Assembly: GCA_016287465.1 (NCBI GenBank)
Contig: JAEEWP010000002.1
Coordinates: 1-45,582, forward strand
Direction: 5' to 3'
Source: Bacillales bacterium
Lineage (GTDB): Bacteria > Bacillota_I > Bacilli_A > RFN20 > CAG-826
Length of the DNA stretch: 45,582 nt
Part shown: positions 40,137 to 45,582 of the stretch, one piece after another
How positions within the stretch are numbered: the first letter of the stretch is position 1
Layout: every line of letters begins with the position of its first letter
Translations under genes and position numbers: made by a program
Notes under the pieces: generated by a model
What the model was told of the DNA's origin: nothing
Seen by the model: the letters and a program-made list of their open reading frames with translations, nothing else
Database searches by the model: none

Positions 40137-42977
40137 CTAAATAAACCGATTAACCAAGGTAATATCTCCATCGGTGCAGTGCACAACGACTGACTCTGGA
40201 CCAGGTTCAAATGGACTGAATAATTGTCCTGGACACAATTCTCTCCACTGATTAATCGTTCCCCCGTAGTTAATCGTCGTCAAAGAGGCACACCCACTGA
40301 AACCGGCATCAAAGGAGGTCACGGTACTTGGAATGGTGATGGATTCCAGGCTCGAACAATAATAGAAAGCGCTCGAACCGACGGTAGTCACACCGCTTGG
40401 AAGGATAATCGAAACCAAGGAGGAACGGTAGAAAGCGTCTTCACCAATGGTAGTTACGCTGTTTGGTAGGGTGATTGACGTTTTGGCTCTCGGGCAGCTG
40501 ATAATCTCTGTCAAACCCTTGTTGAATAAGACTCCATCAGAAGAGGCATAGTTAGGGTTGTCAGGAGAGACGTTGATCGATTCCAAAGAAACGAAACCAT
40601 TGAAGTCTTCGGCACAAAGAGAAGCGACATCGATTGCCACATCGACTGATGTGCTTTCTTCGTCGCTACCATTTAAATACAGATGGATGTTAAGTCCACA
40701 CATTGGGATGTTGTACCCATCAAAACCATGCTCGATGCTGAGCCACTGCTCAAGAGTGCCTTCAAATCTTTCTATATTTGTACAACGAGCGAAAGCATTT
40801 TTATCAACCGTCGTGTTAGGGTTGAGGATTTTTACGTTCTTCAAAGATCCGCACTCAACAAACGATTCCGGTAAATCTGTGATACTGGATGGAATAACAA
40901 CGGTTTCTAGATTCGAACATTTAGAGAAAGAGCCTCTCGCAATTGAAACAACCCCTTCTGGGATGATTATCGATGTTATGGAGGACTTGTAGAAAGAAGG
41001 GGAAGTGATGGTAGTCACAGTGCTCGGGAATGTGAACGATGTTTTGGCGCTTGGGCAGCAGATAATCTTTGTCATGCCCTTGTCAAAGAGGGCGCCATCT
41101 GATGATGAATAGTTAGGGTTGTCAGGAGAGACACTAATCGACTCCAAAGAAGAACAATCTGCGAATAAACTGGATGGGAGAGATATAACACTAGCTGGTA
41201 TTGAAACAGAAACCAGGTTTTCAAGATATTCAAAGCGACATAGTTCATATATGTATTTACAGCCGTCAGGAACGCTAAAAGATGTAACACTATCGTCCCC
41301 AGAAAATGTTACTAGGAATTTATAAGGGTTTTGCGCGCTTCCGATATAATAAGCGCTGCTGGATTCGTCGATCTCAAAAAGCAATAGCGACTCTAACAAT
41401 TGGAACATTTCAAAATCGAGGTGTTCAACGCTGTCTTTAATCTTTAACCTATTAGCCTCGCTAAGCTGAGGAACGACAACGAATGCTATTTCAGTTTCAT
41501 CATTCCTGTAGAGGACGCTGTTTTCGAAAGTTACAAAAGGATTTCCATCTTCCACGACAATATCAGCTATCTCATCTATCGTAGAGCCGCTCGTATATTG
41601 ATTCTCGCCACCTAGGTTATGATGGAAAACAAAGCCTGCCTCATCTAGCGCTGCCATGAAAAATAGATCAATGTCGCAATGTTCTCCAATGATTAATGTG
41701 ATGTTACGAAGACTGTAAACCTCTTGTGGAACTGCATTAACAACAAACGTTGCATACGGAAACCAAGTAACGCCTCTTCCACTGTCCGCGTCTAATGTTT
41801 CTTCGGTTTTTAAAGAAACGATATCAAGATAGATAGTTTCTAAACTGGTACAGTTTGCAAATGCCGCCGTACCAACATATTTGATATTCTGAGGTATTTC
41901 AGCGTTAGTCAGAAACGCACACCCTTCAAATGCATAATCACCGATAAATTCATATGAATCCGGGATATTAACGCTAGTGATATTCACACAGTCTTGGAAA
42001 GATGGAGGTGTTAGGCTGGTGTATTCCTCATCGACTGTGAAATCGGCTATTCCAGGCGCCGTTCCAATCCCCTTGACTGGTAAGCCTTTGTGTTCCGATG
42101 GGAGAACAACATTACCATCATTGCCAGAAATGGCCTTATTCGCTGCAAAGACAGAATATCCGGTTCCGTCGTTCAAAAGTATATAACCGAAATCACCTTC
42201 AAACTCGGCCAACGCTGGTATTGTGGAGGTTATTCTATGCCCACACACTGTGCAGTCAGCGTGTTTTGAACCCGTTCCACCGATGGTGGCTTCATTATCG
42301 ATTACCCATTCATCATAGGTATGTTCGGCTTCGTCAGCCTTCAAAGCGGTTTCGTAACCAGCATCTACACAGGCGTGCCAATGTTTTTCACCATCGCTCG
42401 ACCATTCTGTAGAGTAGTTATGAGTCAATTTGGTTACGATGTCACCACGCTTCTCTCTCCCGCAGATTGAGCAAGTATAGATGGTATAACCATCAGCCTC
42501 ATAAGTCGGTGGCACGACTGTTCCTGCGACATAATTGTGTGGTCCTTCTTCGCTTCTAACGTCGTGGCCGCATGTTGCGTTATGCCAATGATTGTTCTCG
42601 TCTCCGTCCCAACCGGTTTCAAAAGTGTGTTCATGAACTGGGACGCTCGAAGAAGATTCGGAAGCTTCGCTACTAGAAGCCGAAGATGACGAGCTGCTTG
42701 GGGCAGATGAACTATTAGGAGCTGAAGAACTGCTTGATTCGCTCTTATTTGATGAAATTGAAAGGCTCGAAGAGGCTGATGCGCTAGCAATAGAGCTATC
42801 AGAGGAAGCGACACTGTTAGAAGATTCCCCTCTAGTATCTGAAACGCTAGATATGGTTTCGCTAGTTCCTTCGCTGGAAGTAGCGCTCTCGCTGTTCTCA
42901 GTAACGAACGAACATGACGACATGATAAGCGAAACGAAAACGGCTGGTATCAAAAGGCGGCTGTTTTTTGAGCTCAT
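40137..42977 (-). CDS. 946-aa surface lipoprotein: Ser-rich linker, two His/Trp/Cys-rich motif repeats, BspA-type LRR region
   Basis: Signal peptide ...LIMSSC. Two copies of the H..(W)..D(G/E)..HWH.(A)(T)C...H.Y motif, each followed by C..CG. Two SPDNPNY(S/A)SSDG(A/V)LF(D/N)KG units. Cap is YGGTINQWREL...VHCTDGDITL. Confidence 0.85.
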   Translation of the reverse strand: MSSKNSRLLIPAVFVSLIMSSCSFVTENSESATSSEGTSETISSVSDTRGESSNSVASSDSSIASASASSSLSISSNKSESSSSSAPNSSSAPSSSSSSASSSEASESSSSVPVHEHTFETGWDGDENNHWHNATCGHDVRSEEGPHNYVAGTVVPPTYEADGYTIYTCSICGREKRGDIVTKLTHNYSTEWSSDGEKHWHACVDAGYETALKADEAEHTYDEWVIDNEATIGGTGSKHADCTVCGHRITSTIPALAEFEGDFGYILLNDGTGYSVFAANKAISGNDGNVVLPSEHKGLPVKGIGTAPGIADFTVDEEYTSLTPPSFQDCVNITSVNIPDSYEFIGDYAFEGCAFLTNAEIPQNIKYVGTAAFANCTSLETIYLDIVSLKTEETLDADSGRGVTWFPYATFVVNAVPQEVYSLRNITLIIGEHCDIDLFFMAALDEAGFVFHHNLGGENQYTSGSTIDEIADIVVEDGNPFVTFENSVLYRNDETEIAFVVVPQLSEANRLKIKDSVEHLDFEMFQLLESLLLFEIDESSSAYYIGSAQNPYKFLVTFSGDDSVTSFSVPDGCKYIYELCRFEYLENLVSVSIPASVISLPSSLFADCSSLESISVSPDNPNYSSSDGALFDKGMTKIICCPSAKTSFTFPSTVTTITSPSFYKSSITSIIIPEGVVSIARGSFSKCSNLETVVIPSSITDLPESFVECGSLKNVKILNPNTTVDKNAFARCTNIERFEGTLEQWLSIEHGFDGYNIPMCGLNIHLYLNGSDEESTSVDVAIDVASLCAEDFNGFVSLESINVSPDNPNYASSDGVLFNKGLTEIISCPRAKTSITLPNSVTTIGEDAFYRSSLVSIILPSGVTTVGSSAFYYCSSLESITIPSTVTSFDAGFSGCASLTTINYGGTINQWRELCPGQLFSPFEPGPESVVVHCTDGDITLVNRFI

Positions 42978-43080
42978 AATTCTTGCCCTCTATCTTTTTT
43001 TGTTTCTATAAATCCTATGTTAGAGATAGAAAAAGCGGTAAGCAAGGCAATTAGTTTTTTTCGCCACATTTGTCGGCCTT

Positions 43081-43107
43081 TAAAAAAGCCTTCCTTTGAA
43101 GAGAGGC
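43081..43107 (-). terminator. Candidate terminator after 43124..43930
   Basis: Minus strand GCCTCTC-TTCAAA-GGAAGGC (one mismatch) followed by TTTTTT. Confidence 0.45.
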
Positions 43108-43123
43108 CGTTACTCGTTGGTTG

Positions 43124-43930
43124 TTACAAAGCCGTTTTGTTTTCCCAAGAGGAGATGTCTGGGAGCTCGATCTTCTCGTTCTCGCCATAAGACATCTCGA
43201 ACTCGAACACTTTCCAAAGTTCATCAAATGGGCTATAAGCCTCACTAGGGAAAGTGAAATGGATGATGGCGTTCTTGACTAATTCCGTTTCTGGATGGAT
43301 ATAGCCATGCAAAGAGAACTCGATATCTCCATTATCGTTATGCCAGGCTGCAAAGTCATAAAAATCATCCATGTACCTGTAATAATTGGAATGGTTATAA
43401 ATCTCGCCTTTATACACCATATCTGTGGAATAGTCCGTCTCCCCTCCTTCTTTCGAATTCGGTTTTAGATAAGAATCGAAATTCTCGGCCATGAAGAAAT
43501 ATTTGTAATAGGTCTTATATGTCTCACCATAGGCTTTGGAACCAACCTTATAGGACATCTCTTCCTTTGCTTCCAGGTTTTCATCGAAATAGGTCTTGGT
43601 CGCGGAGATCATCTCACCCTTCTCATCGATGAAGGACCAGGTTTCTCTAAAAGTTATGTATTCGTCGGAATACCCTTTCTTTCTTTCCTCCAAAAGATAG
43701 TTGGTGGTTCCTTTGATTCTCTCGGTGATCTTGCTTTTCGAACTATAGTTGGTCTCCCAACTAACGGTGATGTCATCTTGAACAAAAGTCTTGTTGAATG
43801 TCTTTTCGTAGAGGAGAATCATTTCTTCAAGTCCATGAACTTCTATGTGATTTGGCTTCTTTTGGCACGAAGCCAAAGAGAAAGAGAGAACGGAGAGTAG
43901 ACTCACAAGCATCAATTTATTCTTTTTCAT
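43124..43930 (-). CDS. Lipoprotein of unknown family, cassette copy B
   Basis: Start reassigned to MKKNKLMLVSLLSVLSFSLASC (ATG at 43930, SD AAGGGG). It is a paralog of 39059..39886. Confidence 0.8.
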   Translation of the reverse strand: MKKNKLMLVSLLSVLSFSLASCQKKPNHIEVHGLEEMILLYEKTFNKTFVQDDITVSWETNYSSKSKITERIKGTTNYLLEERKKGYSDEYITFRETWSFIDEKGEMISATKTYFDENLEAKEEMSYKVGSKAYGETYKTYYKYFFMAENFDSYLKPNSKEGGETDYSTDMVYKGEIYNHSNYYRYMDDFYDFAAWHNDNGDIEFSLHGYIHPETELVKNAIIHFTFPSEAYSPFDELWKVFEFEMSYGENEKIELPDISSWENKTAL

Positions 43931-44070
43931 GATTAGCCCCTTAGATTCCGTTAATGTTATAGGAAAAATGAAAAAATAAGGCAATACCCCACACTTTTAT
44001 AATCGAGAGTTTACTTGTCTCTTCAATTTAAGCTGAAGACGAACGAGAGGGGTTTTGCGTGTGATTTTCA

Positions 44071-44098
44071 TCAAAAAAAGCGGTGTTTTGGACCGCTT
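44071..44098 (-). terminator. Rho-independent terminator abutting the stop codon of 44098..44667
   Basis: Minus strand TAA-AGCGGT-CCAAAAC-ACCGCT followed by TTTTTTT. Confidence 0.7.
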
Positions 44099-44667
44099 TA
44101 CTCTTGTGCTTGGATTTCTTCTGCCTTTGGCTTTTTTAAACAGGCAAAGATTGATGGAAGGCAAAGGGCCGAGGCCAAGAAGGATAAGAGGCATACGGTA
44201 AGGTATCCACCGCCTAAATGGAACTCCACTCCATCACTCCAACCGCCAGAGGTGAAGTAAGACCAATCCCTTGGAACGAAGGTGATGGCGATCGCAGCAC
44301 CGAAGATTAGGGCCATGGAGATGATGTTAAGAATGCCAGAGAAACGGATCACAGGCTTATCGTTTTTGAAGAGTGGAAGAGCGGCTCCGATACCAAGCAT
44401 GATGGAAGACATGCTAAGGAAGATAAAGGACACGAGCGCAGCGGCACTAGGCTCATCTCTCACGAGATAGGTGCGGGATCCGAGAAGAGAGTCGTAAGAC
44501 GATTTCGTCGAAGCGTAGACATACATGACATCCTGACCATAGAAGTTCCCTGTGCTGCCAGTTGATGGATTACGGTAATAAACCGCGCAGGTCGTAAGCA
44601 TTAGGATGAGACATAACGAGATGATGAGGCATGGTATGATGCCAGCGCTTTTAAGATACTTTTTCAT
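44098..44667 (-). CDS. Membrane protein (4-5 TM), unknown function
   Basis: Start reassigned to MKKYLKSAGI (ATG at 44667, SD AGGAG). Hydrophobic throughout. Confidence 0.6.
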   Translation of the reverse strand: MKKYLKSAGIIPCLIISLCLILMLTTCAVYYRNPSTGSTGNFYGQDVMYVYASTKSSYDSLLGSRTYLVRDEPSAAALVSFIFLSMSSIMLGIGAALPLFKNDKPVIRFSGILNIISMALIFGAAIAITFVPRDWSYFTSGGWSDGVEFHLGGGYLTVCLLSFLASALCLPSIFACLKKPKAEEIQAQE

Positions 44668-44721
44668 AGTTGATACTCCTCTAGACAACTTGCTAGATTA
44701 TAAAACTTGTTTTATTAATCT

Positions 44722-44753
44722 AAAAGAAAAAGCCAATACGATTTCGTACTGGC
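44722..44753 (-). terminator. Rho-independent (bidirectional-looking) terminator after the MNT gene
   Basis: Minus strand GCCAGTACGA-AA-TCGTATTGGC (one mismatch) followed by TTTTTCTTTT, with an A-run on the other side. Confidence 0.7.
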
Positions 44754-44768
44754 CTTTTTTGCTTTCCG

Positions 44769-45224
44769 TCAGAATATCCTGATTTTGTCTTCTTCTAATT
44801 GTTTCTTGAAAAAATCATCCATCTTTGAGCCGATGAAAACGATATCCACATCTTTTCCTAGGGCTTTCGAAAGCTCATCCTCCAAAAAGCCTTGATCGAT
44901 GAATGATTTGATATCGCCGGCCTCACAATAGATGTCAAAGTCACTATTGCTCTTCGCTTCCCCTCTCGCATAGCTTCCAAAGAGATACACCTCATGAATG
45001 TCGTGCTTTGACAAAACGGGTGAAACGCGTTCCTTGATCTGTTTGATGGTCAAGACGCTTGGATTGATGTCAGAGTCTATCAGGGAATGGATGTATTGAT
45101 TCATGCTTGGGACTTCTAAAAGCTTCTCAATCACTTTCTCGTCATCCTTCCTTATACGAAAGGAAAACTGCCTGTAATTCTTTTTGTTGTAACTGTCGAT
45201 GTATTCTTTCTGATTGAAAGCCAT
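44769..45224 (-). CDS. Minimal nucleotidyltransferase (MNT) with N-terminal ribbon-helix-helix-like extension
   Basis: Start at MAFNQ (ATG at 45224, SD GAGGAG at 6 nt). NTase signature LFGSYARGEAKSNSDFDIY. The N-terminal 50 aa show a strand-helix-helix pattern (RQFSFRIRKDDEKVIEKLLE...MNQYIHSLI). Confidence 0.8.
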   Translation of the reverse strand: MAFNQKEYIDSYNKKNYRQFSFRIRKDDEKVIEKLLEVPSMNQYIHSLIDSDINPSVLTIKQIKERVSPVLSKHDIHEVYLFGSYARGEAKSNSDFDIYCEAGDIKSFIDQGFLEDELSKALGKDVDIVFIGSKMDDFFKKQLEEDKIRIF

Positions 45225-45241
45225 TTTGTTCTCCTCGCAAC

Positions 45242-45257
45242 CATATGATAGCATATG
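45242..45257. promoter_or_regulatory. CATATG-ATAG-CATATG dyad upstream of the MNT gene
   Basis: Two copies of the palindromic hexamer CATATG, 4 nt apart. They overlap a TGcTATCAT extended -10-like element on the minus strand, 18-33 nt upstream of the ATG. Confidence 0.35.
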
Positions 45258-45333
45258 TGAAACAAAAAGTCTTCAGCGATTCTTTTATCCGATTGAATTC
45301 GGTCATTTAAGGCCCGTAGAAATCTGTCGTTTA

Positions 45334-45582
45334 TTAATCTATTTTCCTCAGAAGGAATTCAATGATTTCCTTGTTTTCATTTTTAATGACGCTGAACATT
45401 TTCTTTCCTGCGTAATTCAAGGACGCCCCAAGTTGATAGCATTCCTGACCATCAAGGATTAAGTATCGATCGTGATTGTTATCTAAATACTTAATGGCGA
45501 TTTTGCCATATTGCGTTTCGAATCTATCGATCTCATCCGCTTCAAGCTTGGAGAAATGGCTGATACAAAGCTTTAGACTCAC
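45334..45582 (-). CDS. Partial CDS (N-terminus outside the window) ending in the same PLD-like (MIT_C-like) domain as 36902..37765
   Basis: C-terminal HDRYLILDGQECYQLGASLNYAGKKMF aligns with HDRFIFIDGQKAYSVGSSLNHLGRKTF. The ORF is open to the window edge. Confidence 0.6.
   Translation of the reverse strand: MSLKLCISHFSKLEADEIDRFETQYGKIAIKYLDNNHDRYLILDGQECYQLGASLNYAGKKMFSVIKNENKEIIEFLLRKID

Noticed and set aside
1-45582. Mobile elements, prophage, CRISPR-Cas, restriction-modification or canonical defence operons
   Set aside because: No transposase, integrase, recombinase, phage structural, cas, methyltransferase or helicase/nuclease motifs were seen in any frame. Only the RhuM-like, CPBP and MNT genes hint at island content.

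Overview
The window reads as chromosomal DNA from a low-GC Firmicute that is probably wall-less or Mollicutes/Erysipelotrichia-like. This is an inference from three things: 19 of about 35 CDS carry lipoprotein signal peptides, there is no LPXTG motif, and the standard code applies with TGA as stop. Almost everything is on the minus strand. (1) 1-6.7 kb is housekeeping: tRNA-Phe, tRNA-Asp and initiator tRNA-Met with clear sigma-A promoters, a PlsC-like acyltransferase, cysK, a DUF2804 protein and a DUF368 protein. (2) 6.9-24.4 kb is a glycan-utilisation-like cluster. It holds CBM-rich surface lipoproteins, a surface tyrosine-phosphatase-fold lipoprotein, a domain-permuted membrane-anchored GH3 glycosidase translationally coupled to an unknown polytopic membrane protein, a divergent AraC regulator and three GQSNM (SASA/CE6-type) esterase lipoproteins. 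The esterase set is interrupted by cardiolipin synthase. (3) 22.7-23.3 kb, in the window centre, is an unannotated intergenic region. It has three tandem 120-bp promoter-plus-hairpin units (candidate multicopy sRNAs) convergent with a hidden 29-aa hydrophobic ORF whose Shine-Dalgarno site is sequestered, a type I toxin-antitoxin-like layout. (4) 24.5-36.8 kb is a same-strand block of 10 genes: six tandem BspA-type LRR lipoproteins, three paralogous unknown lipoproteins and a small membrane protein. (5) 36.9-45.6 kb is an AT-richer accessory segment. It holds a RhuM-N/PLD-like (MIT_C-like) fusion gene with a second partial copy at the window edge, a CPBP protease, a duplicated lipoprotein cassette, a 946-aa LRR lipoprotein and an orphan RHH-MNT nucleotidyltransferase. 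I saw no transposase, integrase, CRISPR array or rRNA. All family assignments come from motifs read by eye; no database search was run.
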